Below, piece by piece: positions 1-12,060 of a stretch of 64,000 nucleotides of DNA; within the stretch, counting starts at the first letter, position 1, and each line of letters begins with the position of its first letter. Under the pieces are notes generated by a model. It was not told where the DNA came from. It saw only the letters and a program-made list of their open reading frames with translations, and did no database searches. The stretch is taken from contig NC_043006.1 in the NCBI RefSeq assembly GCF_006345805.1, forward strand, positions 69,812,001 to 69,876,000, read 5' to 3'. This stretch comes from Octopus sinensis (lineage: Eukaryota). The position numbers and the translations under genes are program-made.

Positions 1-1299
1 GAACAGCTTAATGTACCACTGAATTCAGTCAGTACAATAATAGGTAACTGGAAATCTCACAATTCCATTTTCCCTCTAGTCTGCTCCGGTAGCCCGCCTG
101 AGTTAGCAAAGCGTACAGCAAGAAAACTTGCAAGAACAGCTAGTAATAGACCACAACCTACACTCAAGTAGCTGCAGGAAGATCTGGAAGTATGTGAAGT
201 ACATATGAGCAAGGATCAGTTAGCAGATCACTTCGTCGTTCTGATCTCTTTTCTCGTTTTCCAGAAAGACCTCATTGATTAAGAAACGTCACGTTAAAGA
301 TCGTTTGGCCTTTGCAAAATTTTATCTAAATGAACCGGAAACATATTGGGAAAACGTGGAGGAAAAAGGTGGAGAGCTGGCAGAAATGTTAGCGCGTCGG
401 GCAAAATGCTTAGCGGTATTTCGTCTGTCGTTACGTTCTGAGTTCAAATTCTGCCGAGGTCGACTTTGCCTTTCATCCTTTCGGGGTCGATTAAATAAGT
501 ACCAGTTATGCACTGGGGTCAATGTAATCGACTTAATCCCTTTGTCTGTCTTTGTTTGTCCCCTCTATGTTTAGCCCCTTGTGGGTAGTAAAGAAATATA
601 TTGGGAAAACGTAGTTTGGTCTGCTGAAACTAAGATTGTGCTTTTTGGCAGAAATTCGATCAGCAAGGTTTGGAGAGAGAACGGCATGAAATATTCGGAG
701 GTGAGTCAGTAATGGTATGGGCTTGTTTTTGCTCATCGGGATTTGGAAGAATGGAAGTAATCGAAGGAACAATAGATGGCGAAAAATATAGGGGTATTTT
801 AGAGAGATGTTTAATACACAGCACTTTCTCCCTAAACAAGAGGATAACTATACAAAGTATACAGCAAAGCTGACCAAGAATTGGTTGAAATCAAATGGAA
901 TTAATGATCTGGAATGGCCAAGTCAATCTTCAAACCTTAATCGAAAATTTGTGGAAATAATTGAAACTCAGAATTGAAAAAAGAAACCCGCGTTACTTAC
1001 ACGAATTGAAAAGAATTTGTGTAGAAGAATGTGGGAAATAAGCCCCACTACATGTAAAAACTATTTAGGAGGCTATTCAAAGCGCCTCTCAAGGGTTTGA
1101 TTGTGTTTTAAACTTTGCGTTTTGAAGTTCAACTTTGTTCCATATAAAATTGTTTCTGTTCATTATGTAATTCTGATCGTTGCATAAAATTTATTCCAAA
1201 AAATTTTCATAAATGATGGAAATTTCATTAAGCTGCGTTAATTCTATGTATGTAAACTTGGATTTTTGATTGTGTGTTGTCAACTTTTGTGGGCCACTG
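1..1299 (+). mobile_element. Decayed Tc1-family DNA transposon (3' part with right TIR), interrupted by a SINE
   Basis: Frame 1 from base 1 reads EQLNVPLNSVSTIIGNWK..SGSPPEL..TARKLAR (Tc1 HTH-like). After removing the SINE it continues YWENVVWSAETKIVLFG and [34 protein letters not shown] (Tc1 DDE domain; first catalytic D now A), with stops and frameshifts. It ends in caacttttgtgggccactg (1281-1299), the reverse complement of a CAGTG..AAAAGT Tc1-type terminus. Confidence 0.85.
358..597 (+). mobile_element. tRNA-derived SINE, family A (tail type A1), inserted into Tc1 with 15-bp TSD
   Basis: A-box-like tggcagaaatgttag and B-box gagttcaaattc; exact direct repeat atattgggaaaacgt at 343-357 and 598-612. 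Confidence 0.9.
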
Positions 1300-1310
1300 A
1301 ATACATTATA

Positions 1311-1494
1311 CAAGGGGTGCTGAAAAGTTCCTGGTATCGCGAAAGGCCTGGTTGGTGGAAAAATATTCAGCGTTCTTTTATAGGGCTTAGAAAAACTGAA
1401 GGACCGCTGCGATAAGTGAGTCTGAGAGGGGAATATGTTAAACAGAATAACTAACCGATCCTCCTGTAACCAGGAACTTTTCAGCCCCCCCTTG
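1311..1494 (+). mobile_element. Internally deleted mariner (MITE-like, ~185 bp)
   Basis: 24-bp TIRs caaggggtgctgaaaagttcctgg / ccaggaacttttcagcccccccttg, TA on the left. Interior encodes a mariner C-terminal remnant GLEKLKDRCDK..SLRGEYVK. Confidence 0.8.
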
Positions 1495-1495
1495 A

Positions 1496-1531
<36 letters not shown>

Positions 1532-1619
1532 GTGTGTATGCATATATATTAATAGCTATCGCCAAGCTAACATGGATTTCCAGAAAAATAGGACGAATGC
1601 TGCCGTTGATTATCTCCAA

Positions 1620-2557
1620 GAGGCCATCGCCTCTAGCTAGCTATGTGACACACGAACCCGTGTCCATTATAACCTTCGAACAGGGGAGTTCAGCCGCTTC
1701 CCCTTGCTGGCCTGGCATCTACAGGCTAGTTTCAGGGTATTTCCAGATGTCCTTGACCTAACAGTGCTACCGAGGTGTGCTGCCGATTTGAGATAAACTC
1801 TACAGGCACGGATGTGCTATCAGACGGGCTTGTCTAAGGGCGCGCTGAGTGACGAAACTGTTCTGCACGCCCTCGTTCAGTGTCCGAGCATTACTGACTT
1901 GTGGGGGTATGTCAAACAGCTGCTGTCACGTGTTGGACAGATCCATCTGTCGGCCGAGCCTGTAGTGATGATCGCATCGCCGCCCTCCTTCAATCGGGCA
2001 GGCAAAGCAGTTTTCCTTTGCCTGATGGTTGTGGCGAAGGTGGCTGCTTGGTGGACAAGGCTGAAAGGCAGGAGGACAGATACATTCCTCTTCGGTAGAG
2101 CTCTCAGTGATTTCTTCAAGTTTTACTTGAAAAGGAAATTGAGAGTGAAGAGGAAATTGAGTGTCCTCGAATGAGTTTATTGAAAGGTGGGCGAAAGTTG
2201 CGAAAATGGCAAGAGTGGATGGTACCTCTCTAAGTGTAGACCTGTGAGTCAGAGAGAAGGAAGCGGAGATGGTACTTGCTCTTGGGGTTTCAGGGAAATC
2301 TCGGACAGTGGGGTTCCTCGATTATCCCTAGAGGCCTTCCTGTATCAGGAGGGCCACATCTCTATTATCCTCACCGCCACTTTCTTTTTTAAAAACTTTG
2401 TATACTATGCATATGTCCCCTCTTTTCTCAGTGTACACTGTGCATACTTTCTCTCTCTCTCTCTCATTTTTCTTTTTTCATTTCATTATATGTAAACACC
2501 AACGCTTTATGTCTGTCTCCCTCATCCTTCATCCCTGTGGCAAATAAATGAAATAAA
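1620..2557 (+). mobile_element. 5'-truncated L1/Tx1-clade LINE (ORF2 zf-RVT C-terminus plus 3' UTR)
   Basis: Reads FQMSLT*QCYRGVLPI*DKLYRHG..C..ETVLHALVQCP..LWGYV..LL (zf-RVT CCHC-type motif), then a pyrimidine-rich UTR ending ccctgtggcaaataaatgaaataaa. Confidence 0.75.
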
Positions 2558-2810
2558 CCCAATCTGTTTCTTAAACGGGGGACATATTCATACAGCACGG
2601 AACGTTTTCACCCCAAATGGAGGGCAGCGATTAGTTAAAATTACCGAAATGCTCGAAATTTCAGACGAAATATCTTACAAATATAGAATTTTCTCAATAG
2701 AGCCAAGAAAAAAATAATGTTTTATAAACACATTCTACCAGTATATGAAGTTTAAAACCGTTTAGTTAACTAGAAATTGTGTTGACATGTGCCGTTCAAA
2801 AGGAAAAAAT

Positions 2811-3828
2811 AAGAAGAGAAAGAAGAAGAGAAGAAGAGAAGAAAGAAGAGAAGAAAGAAGAAGAGAAGAAAGAGAAGAAAGAAGAAGAAGAAGAAAGAAG
2901 AAGAAGAAGAAGAAAAAAGAAGAAGAAGAAAGAAGAAAAAGAAGAGAAAGAAAAAGAAAAAGAGAAGAGAAAGAAGAAAAAGAAGAAAAAGAAAAAGAGA
3001 AAAAAAGAAAGAAAAAGAGAAAGAAAAAGAGAAGAAAAAGAAGAAAAAGAGAAAGAAAAAGAGAAAGAAAAAGAGAAAGAAAAAGAGAAAGAAAAAGAGA
3101 AAGAAGAAGAAGAGAAAGAAAAAGAAGAAGAAGGGAAAGAAAAAGAAGAAGAAGGGAAAGAAAACGAAGAAGAGAAAGAAAACGAAGAAGAAAAGAAAAA
3201 GAGAAAGAAGAAGAAGAAGAGAAAGAGAAGAAAGAAGAGAAAGAAGAGAAGAAAGAAGAAGAAGAGAAAGAAGAGAAGAAAGAAGAAGAAGAGAAAGAAG
3301 AGAAAAAAGAAGAGAAAGAAGAAGAAAGAAGAAAGAAGAAGAGAAAGAAGAGAAGAAAGAAGAAGAAAAGAAGAAGAAGAAGAGAAGAAGAGAAGAAAGA
3401 AGAAGAGAAAGAAGAGAGAAGAAGAAGAAGAGAAAGAAAGAAAGAAGAAAGAGAGAAGAAAAAAAAGAAAGAAAAAGAAAAAAAGAGAAAGAAGAAAAAG
3501 AAAAAAAGAAGAAAAAAAAGAGAAAGAAAAAGAGAAAGAAAAAGAGATAGAAAAATAAGAGAAAGAAAAAGAGAAAGAAAAAGAGAAAGGAAAAGAGAAA
3601 GAAGAAGAGAAAGAAAAAGAAGAAGGGAAAGAAAACGAAGAAGAAGAGAAAGAAAACGAAGAAAAGAAAAAGAGAAAGAAGAAGAAGAAAAAGAAGAAGA
3701 AGAAGAAGAAGAAGAAGAGAAAGAAGAAGAGAAAGAAAACGAAGAAGAAGAAGAAGAGAAAGAAAAAGAAGAGAAAGAAAAGAAGTGAAGAAAAAGAAGT
3801 AGAAGAGAAAGAAAAAGAAGAAAAGGAA
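2811..3828 (+). repeat. ~1 kb almost pure purine (GAA/GAAAAA/GAGAAA) repeat
   Basis: Only about ten pyrimidines in ~1,020 nt; source of the spurious poly-K/E/R and poly-F/L/S ORFs. Confidence 0.97.
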
Positions 3829-4105
3829 TGGTATTAAATGGAAGATGAATAAAACAAAAATGAATAAACCCATGCTGTCACTTCAAAAGTCTTTAAATCA
3901 CAAATTAGACATTAAATGTAAGAAGAGTTCAAATCTACAACTTTTCGAGTCACCATTCATCTATCATATTTGACATGGTGAAATATGTCTCCATTTTTAA
4001 TCAACATATTGCAACTTTCTCTCATCTATTAAGACTAACTCTGTAATAAGTCCAGAGATCAAACTCGTACGTTTTCTTCTTCTCATTAAAATCGCTTAAA
4101 TAGAC

Positions 4106-4290
4106 GGCGATCTGGCAGAATCGTTAGCAAGCCAGGCAATAATGCTCAGTGGCGTTTTCTTCCGGCTCAATAGGATCCGAGTTCAAATTCCGCCGAGATG
4201 ACCTTTACCTTTCATCCTTTCTGAGTGATAAAATAAAATACCAGTGAAGCACAGGGGTCAATGTAATTAACATACCACTCCCAAAAAGAT
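4106..4290 (+). mobile_element. Degraded SINE family A (A2-type) copy; a further fragment at ~4395-4470
   Basis: ctggcagaatcgttagc..gagttcaaattccgccgag..tttcatcc..ggggtcaatgtaat. Confidence 0.75.
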
Positions 4291-4991
4291 TCAGTTTAAT
4301 GTCTTTGTTTTTCTTTTTGCTCGGTATAAGGCTGGGAACTGACAGAGTTGTTACCACGCCAGGAAAAATGTTCGAATATTCGTTCTGGGTTCATAATGCC
4401 ACTTGGGTCGACTTTGCTTGTCATACTTTCGAAGTCAATAAAATAAGTACCAATTGAACACTGGGGACAATGAAAGTGATTTCCCTCTTGGCAAGAGTTC
4501 CGTCCGTGCCTCATCCACAAACCACCCTTTTTAAAAACTTTTTTTTTTTGACACAAACCCCACCTTTTCGGCTATAGGGAATACAAATCTGCAAAAAAAT
4601 TGGCGAAAATCTACATTTTTAAATTACCGCCCCACCCCCATTTCCTTTATTTTTAACTTTTTTCAGAATTGTTTTTTCTCAAAATATGCGGAAAAATACG
4701 GAGATTATGATTCTAAAAAAAAATTCTAAATATCTTTGTAAAAAATTAAAAAAAAAATTTTTTTAAAGAATTTTTTCTTTTCTAAATATGCGGGAAAATA
4801 CGGACATTAGGATTCGGACAAAAATTTCAAAACATTTCTGTACTTACGGTCACAGTTTTAGGGTTAGTGTTGCGGAAAAAAGTTAAAATTGAAGTTGGGG
4901 GTGAGGAAATTGTCACAATGCCGATTTTTGGCAATTTTCTGGAACCTCCGTATCCGAAAACGGGGATTTTTGGCAAAAAAAAAATAAAATA

Positions 4992-5024
<33 letters not shown>

Positions 5025-5693
5025 CAAATTTGGGAGAAATGGTGGTGGGGTGGGGCGGAAGTCTTTCCTCCCCCTTCTTCGAAATTATAGAACTTGAGCC
5101 AAAATCTAAAAATCCATATTTGTGCTTGGTAAACAATGTGTGTGCGGTCATGTTAGTATTGTTGTTGTTTCTCTTGTTATTGTTGGTTTTAATGCTTTAT
5201 ACCGCGCTACTGTCTTCTGCCATAGAGATCCTCACTCTTTCTATATGTTCAGTCTGTGTTCCCTTTATTCCCCACTTCCATTTTTGAACAGTAACGTTCT
5301 GTTCACATGTTTTCTTGGGGACGTGTCAAAATTTTTTACTGTGACAGCTTAGATTTACAAAAAAATAGAAAAAGACAAGAATAAGAATAAAAAATACTTT
5401 GAAAAATACTAACGTTTGAAGTCTGCCGTTAAATGTTTCAGAGCCACATTATTTGGAAGTCCTTTGGAAAATAATGCAAAACTTATCTTTCGTTTAAACC
5501 TTGTAAAATCCAGCCTTTAGATTTCAAGAACCTTTCTCCTCACACCACTACCAATATCAACATCAGCAGGACCGAAACTACCACCACCACAAAGAAGACC
5601 AATATAATTTTTTTCTCATTTAGGCGCAATGGGGAGAATAGGTTATTCGAATATATCGGCTCCATTACTCGACTGATATTTTATTTTATCGGG

Positions 5694-5947
5694 AAGGTGG
5701 CGAGCTGGCAGAAACGTTAGCATGCCGGGCGAAATGCGTAGACGTATGTTCTGAGTTCAAATTCCGCCGAGGTCGACTTTGCCTTTTATCCTTTCCGGGT
5801 CTATTAAATAAGAACCAGTTACGCACTGGGGTAGATATAATCGACTTAATCCGTTTGTCTGTCCTTGTTTGTCCCCTCTGGGTTTTGCCCCTTGTGAGTG
5901 GTAAAAAAATAGGTATTTCGTATGCCGTTACGTTCTGAGTTCAAATT
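5694..5947 (+). mobile_element. SINE family A1 copy with partial restart of the internal unit
   Basis: Head, body and gtggtaaaaaaata tail, then ggtatttcg..gagttcaaattc again. Confidence 0.9.
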
Positions 5948-6196
5948 CGGCAGACGAAATACCTATTTCTTTACTACCCATAAGGGGCTAAACACAGAGG
6001 GGACAAACAAGGACAGACAAACGGATTAAGTCGATTACATCGACTCCAGTGCGTAGCTGGTACTTATTTAATCGACCCCGAAAGGATGAAAGGCAAAGTC
6101 GACCTCGGCGGAATTTGAACTCAGAACGTAACGGCAGATGAAATACGCCTACGCATTTCGCCCGGCGTGCTAACGTTTCTGCCAGCTCGCCGCCTT
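5948..6196 (-). mobile_element. SINE family A1 copy, tail-to-tail inverted to the previous copy
   Basis: Reverse complement of the same family abutting 5947 with no spacer. Confidence 0.9.
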
Positions 6197-6929
6197 AGAA
6201 GAAAAGTTTCTTTGGGTTTCTGGTCATTTTCTGGGACCAAAGACAAATCTATCTCCTCCACTAACTCCTTCAATATTCTATCCTCGGGCCTCTAACTATA
6301 AAAAGCTCTTCTCTAACTACCTAAAAAAGAAGGACATCTTTCTCTTCCGGCCAGAATCCTACGCTTGTTTTCTCCAATTCTTCAACGGTCATTATTAAAC
6401 TTCCTCCTCATATTCTTTTCTAGTATAAACTGCCTGCATCCGCTCGAGGATGCATGCTTCTGTGCATAAAGAGTTGTGTCTTCATCTTCTTGACAATAAC
6501 CTTCAATTCATTCTTCCTTCACTCAATGATTCCTTCCCCTATAATCATTAGTGATGCTGCCCTCATGATTATTATTCCTAAGATATTTCTTGCATTCAAT
6601 TTGAATTTTAAAATCTAAATTCTTCGAAAATACTTTTAAAATATTCTTGACTGAAAACTTCTTTCGTTCCTCTGAGTTTTGAATATATCAATTTCCAGAA
6701 TTCCAAAATACTATTAAGCTTATTCTGCTTATTCTCCCCTACCTGTTTTTTTTTTTTATTTCATAGCGCATTTCTCAATTCAAAATATCGTTCCACTCTC
6801 ACAACCAAATATTTATCAATTTTACACCAAAGAATCGAATTGATTCATTTTTTGTCATAAAGCTTTCAATCATCCATAAATAGGAGATGATCCTGTTTTC
6901 CTTGTTCTGTGCCTTAGCATTGTTTAAAG

Positions 6930-7221
6930 CAGTGGTTCCCAAACTCTTTAGGGTTGCCGCCCCCTTGACACCTTGGTCCCATTCTTAGTGCCTTCACCTT
7001 CGAAACGCAGAGTAGATGAAACCATGGCGACTTTGTCCTGTACTCTATTTTTTTTTGTTTAAGAAAAATGTCCAGTTCCTTGCTTTTGTGTTTATATTTT
7101 CGTTTCTCATTGTGTTCGACGTTCTTTTGGTGTCCTGTACCCATATATGCGTGTATATATACATGTAGAGGTAGGTACGTACATATATGTATATATATAT
7201 ATGCATATGTTTTATTTATTA

Positions 7222-7263
<42 letters not shown>

Positions 7264-7724
7264 CATACATACATACGTACATACATACATACATACATAC
7301 ATACATACGTACGTATATATGTATGTATGTATGAATGTATGTGTGGATGGATGGATGTGTGTGTGTATATGTTTGTGTGTCTGTGTTTGTCCCCCAACAT
7401 CGCTTGACAACTGATGCTGGTGTATTTACGTCCCCGTTACTTAGCAGTACGGCAAAAGAGGCCGATAGAACGAGTACTAGACTTACAAAGAATAAGTCCT
7501 GGGGTCGATCTCTTCGCATAAAGGCGGTGCTCCAGCATGACAGGTGTCAAATGACTGAAAACAAGTAAAAGAGTAAAAGAGTAATGCACTCATTAGTTTT
7601 TTTTTTTCATGACTAGCTGCTCCAGCGTCACCTCACTTTTAAAAATGAATCGCTACCCCATTATTGCCCCGCTTTTCTTCAACGCGCCTTTGGAACTTTC
7701 CACCATCAACTTTGGGAACCAGTG
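6930..7724. mobile_element. hAT (Charlie-type) MITE carrying nested repeat/SINE insertions
   Basis: cagtggttcccaaa (6930) and tttgggaaccagtg (7711-7724, 1 mismatch). Flanking 8-mers gtttaaag / ctttagag match 6/8 and fit the nTnTAnAn Charlie target. Confidence 0.65.
7370..7582 (+). mobile_element. SINE family B, 3' half
   Basis: ccccaacatcgcttgacaac..gcggtgctccagcatg..actgaaacaagtaaaagagt. Confidence 0.85.
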
Positions 7725-8107
7725 CTTTAGAGTAATAGGCAAAGGGATCCGCGCCATTACAAATATCATAGGGAAAAGGTTGTATCTTTGAGACGCTACT
7801 TTCCTCATCTGTTGCTTTGATAGGGTCATGAGCTAGGAATTAGGTTAAATTATTCCTAATCTCATGGGTTAACAATACAAACGGTGTGAAAGGGTTACAT
7901 GAATGCACTTGCCAAACGGGCAAAAAAAATTTTTTTAACCCTTTTTCTTTATACTTATTTCCATTGGAGAGTAGCTGAAGAGGTCACAGGATATGTGTCA
8001 AAAGATTTAAGACAAAGGACACAAAATTAAGAACAGTAATAAAACTGAAGCGGAGAAGGAATATATATAGTGTGTGTGTTTATTTGGCAAAAAAAAAAAA
8101 TATGGTC

Positions 8108-8262
8108 AGAGTGGCTGTGTGGTAAGTAGCTTTTTACCAACCACATGGTTCCGGGTTCAGTCCCACTGCGTGGTACCTTGGGCAAGTGTCTTCTACTAAA
8201 ACCACGGGTCGACCAAAGCCTTGTGAGTGGATTTGGTAGACGGAAACTGAAAGACACCCGTC

Positions 8263-8301
<39 letters not shown>

Positions 8302-8455
8302 TGTGTGTCTGTGTTTTTCCCACCAACATCGCTTGACCACCGATGCTGGTATGTTGACGTCCCCGTCACTTAGCGTAAGTCCTGGGGTCGATTTGCTCGA
8401 CAAAAGGCGGTGCTCCAGCATGGCCGCAGTCAAATGACTGAAACAAATAAAAAAT
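8108..8455 (+). mobile_element. tRNA-derived SINE family B (internal (TA)n/(TG)n; CORE-like ccttgggcaagtg segment)
   Basis: tggctgtgtggtaag A-box, ggttcagtcc B-box-like, central microsatellite, conserved 3' half. Confidence 0.88.
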
Positions 8456-8976
8456 TTAAAAAATAAATCTCCAAATGTAACAACATTTGTTTCAACACAC
8501 GATTTCACATCAATAATCCTGCGAAACAAATATATAAACGTATAAAAACAATAATAATCGTTAATCTCTCACACAATAAAATTTACAATTTCGTTACCGA
8601 AAAGTACCGTGAAATATTCACTTTCGTTTGATAATGGCCGAATCCATGTAAAAGTCTTCAAACATCAATTGATCATGTCCGCTGTTCTCTACTGAAACAT
8701 CAATTCATGATGTCAGCCATTTACGTATTTATGGAGTATGTTTTCATTCGCTTTCAATCGAACCACTCTGATTTTCTTTTTATGAGGCATCAAATGGCCA
8801 CCCCACTCTCCACTCTTCAGACATTTTTCTGACTTCACACGACAAAAGATTTCGCAACATATTTATTGTTCTACCATTTTGTTCATCTCCTCCATCTCAC
8901 TGTCCTTCTCCGTTAACGATTCAGTTCCTACCCTGGAAAAATAATCTCCCACTACACACTGTATATAAAAACTATA

Positions 8977-9300
8977 GTGAAGGCGCGTGGTTAAGTGGTT
9001 AGGTTATTCGACTCACGGTTGTAAGGTCGTGAGTTCGATTCTTTGAAGAGTGTTGAGTCCTTAAGCAAGATACTTTATTTCCCACTGCTGCAGTTCATTC
9101 AGCTGGCAAAAATGTGTTGTGCCTGTAATTCTAAGGGATAGCCTTGTCATATTCTGTGTCACACTGAATCTCCCTGGGAACAAAGTTAAGAGTACGAATG
9201 TCTGTGGAATGCTCAGCCACTTGCACGTTAATTTCACGAAAAGGCTGTTTCGGTGTTCGGATCATCATGAATCCTCGTCGTCGAAACCGACGGAGTGCCA
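8977..9300 (+). mobile_element. tRNA-derived SINE family D (gtccttaagcaagatacttta central domain)
   Basis: ggcgcgtggttaagtggttagg A-box and gagttcgattc B-box; homologous to the minus copy at 14125-14390. Confidence 0.8.
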
Positions 9301-9811
9301 TTTATATAAAGCTACATTTCTTAGTGTTATAGCAGCGTTGTTGTTGTAGTAGTAGTAGTAGGAGGAGGAGGAGGAGGAGTGATGGTGATGGTGTTTTTCT
9401 GTCTTGTTGATGGCGTCATTGATGCGTTCAGACGATGTCATGTCTTCTATTGTTGGTTTTTGTCACTGTTAACATTTCATCTATTTCCACGTTACATTAC
9501 ATCATTTATCTTTTCCTCTTTTTGCTGTCACTACCTGCTGCTGCTACTGCCCTTCCTCCTTCTGTTGTTGTTGGTGGTGTTGATGGTAGTGAGGGTTGTT
9601 TATGTTATTGCCGATATTTAGACTAGTGCTATTCTCCGCGTCACTGCTGCTGTGCGCTCCATAGCATTGCTAGTTTTGACACTTACATGTTATATTTCTT
9701 TGTAAGAAAAAAAAGTCGAAAAGTTAAATTTTTTTTTTAACACAATTTTGAAAGTAAACGACTGCATTCGTGCTACTAATACCACATCTATTTTGATAGC
9801 GCTGTATGTAT

Positions 9812-9844
<33 letters not shown>

Positions 9845-9895
9845 CGAGAGAGAGAAAGAGGGCGAGAGATGTATATTTGTATGTACATACATACA

Positions 9896-9955
<60 letters not shown>

Positions 9956-10034
9956 GTTACAGCTTGTACATAATTTCTACAGTCAGAATCCATCAATCAT
10001 TTGACCTGTTTGTCAGTAATAGTTTGTTAGCTTT

Positions 10035-10846
10035 AAATTTTAGCACAAGGCCAGCAGGTCTGGGGGAGGAACTAAGTCGATTAAATCGACCCCAGTATTT
10101 ATGTGGTAGTTATTTTATCGACCCCAGTATTCATTGATACCTTTTTTTAATTAACCCCAATATTCAAGTGGTACTTAATTTATCGACCCTAAAAGGATGA
10201 AAGGCAAAGCCGACCTCGGCAGAATTTGAACTCAGAACGCAAAGACTGGCGAAAAAATATTCTTTTCTACTCTAGGCATAATGCTAAAAATTTTGGAGGA
10301 GGGTGCCAGTCGATTAGATCGACACCAGTATGCAACTGGTACTTAATTTATCGAATCCGAAAGAATGAAAGGCGGAATTTGAACCCAGAACGTAAAGACA
10401 GACCATATGCCACTAGCCTGTCAGTAATATATTTTTCTTTATTGCCCACAGGGGGCTAAACAAAGAGAGGACAAACAAAGGGATTAAGTCGATTACATCG
10501 ATCCCAGTGCGTAACTAGTACTTATTTAATCGACCGCGGAAGGATAAAAGGTAAAGTCGACCTCGGCGGAATTTGAACTCAGAACGTAACGGCTGACGAA
10601 ATACCTATTTCTTTACTACCCACAAGGGGCTAAACACAGAGGGGACAAACAAGGACAGACACACGGATTAAGTCGATTACATCTACCCCAGTGCGTAATA
10701 TTATTTAATCGACTTATTTAATCGACCCCGAAAGGATGAAAGGCAAAGTCGATTTCGGCGAAATTTGAACTCAGAACGTAGCGGCAGACGAAATACCGCT
10801 AAACATTTCGTCCGGCGTGTTAACGATACTCTCAGCTCACCGCCTT
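10035..10846 (-). mobile_element. Cluster of SINE family A pieces (A2 fragments plus an A1 dimer with head)
   Basis: Repeated gaaaggcaaagtcgacctcggcggaatttgaactcagaacg units; head ends ctcagctcaccgcctt at 10846. Confidence 0.85.
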
Positions 10847-11359
10847 AGAATAACAGTAATATTACCAGACGAATGTGGTTGAGTCTCACAGCACATTCCT
10901 CAGTTCGGTCCATCTGTCAATAATCGGCACCAGATCATTACAGTTCCGTCTGACCACAAGCCTATCCATTAATTCACCTATCTGTAATAGCACCAGATTA
11001 ATGTCGATCAGTCTCATAGCACCGTCATCATGTCAGTTGATCTTAGCTGTCATTAGTCGTTGCCTGATCAATGTAGATTGCTCTGAAACCACAGTTCACC
11101 GATCCGTCCGCCTCGCAGCCAGTAATTGGTATCAATGTAGTTTAGTCACATACTACAAGTCTATATATTAGTTCATCTGTCTGTCTATCTATCAGATCAT
11201 TGCAGTTCAGTCTGAGATCGCGGTCTTTTAATCAGTTCAAGTATCTGACAGTGATCAGATGTAAATATTTGCTCACAGTGTTCCCATGAGAATAATGATT
11301 ATTCTTTTATCTTTATTCTTTAACTGGTTTCAACCATTCGGCTGGAACATTCTGTTTGC

Positions 11360-12060
11360 TAGACAGTATAGTGGTGTGTTGAGATAAATATATAGAGTAC
11401 CTTTGGTGACAAGGAAGAGAAGAAACGAAACAGAGACAGAGAGAGTAATGAATACAGAATGTACAAACACAGAGAGTGACAGAGGGAAGAGGGCGACAGA
11501 AAGAGACAGGGAGAAAAAGAGTAGTAGGAGGTCAGTAATAGATTTGCAGAATGGTTGCGAGATTCAAAGGAATATATTGAGGTGGGTAGACGGTTAGAAA
11601 TGAAGAGATAGCAATAGGAAGAGAGAGAGGGGGGAGAGAGCTGTGTGAAGGTAGAATGAAAGATAGAAAGCAATGAAAAAGGTAATACTACAGGGAATGA
11701 GAGAGAATGTTAGACATATAGGAAGAGAGGAAAAGAGAAGAGCAGAGGAATATAGAAAGATAAGAGACAGATATAGAGAAAGTGGAAGGCGATGGTGAGA
11801 GGGATGTTGTAATGAAAAAAGAGAGAGGGAGAGTTAGATAGAGGGTGATAAACGAAAGAGAAGAGACAGAAGATGTGAACGGAGCTTGAGCAAGTTTTAA
11901 AAACTGATGAGAAAACATGAAAAGGAAATACTTAAGAGGAAACTACAAATTTATTATATGCAAATGAGGAGGAAGAGATAGAGAAAGAGAAGAAATACAG
12001 AGAGGATAGAAGATAGAGAGAGAGAGAGGTAGGGTGGAGGGTGTAAGGAAGCTGAAGCTA
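11360..12060 (+). repeat. Degenerate GA-rich purine-biased low-complexity tract
   Basis: Imperfect (GA)/(GACA)/(GAAA) runs over ~700 nt. Confidence 0.8.

Larger units (their letters stand above)
5190..6912 (-). mobile_element. Highly decayed R4/Dong-clade non-LTR retrotransposon, split by the SINE pair at 5694-6196
   Basis: Minus strand gives (D)HLLFMDD*KLY (~6860-6890) and MHRSMHPRADAGSLY*KRI*GGSLI (~6400-6480), both RT C-terminal motifs of this clade. A degenerate (CAA/TAA) tract lies at the 3' flank (5150-5190). Confidence 0.6.

Noticed and set aside
2770-3873. Long ORFs of 259-367 aa (poly-K/E/R and poly-F/L/S)
   Set aside because: Translations of the GAA/GAAAAA repeat; no domain content.
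4540-5000. hAT-Blackjack-like element (repeated aaatatgcgg.aaaatacgga)
   Set aside because: No TIR or TSD found; the sequence is homopolymer-rich and possibly error-prone.
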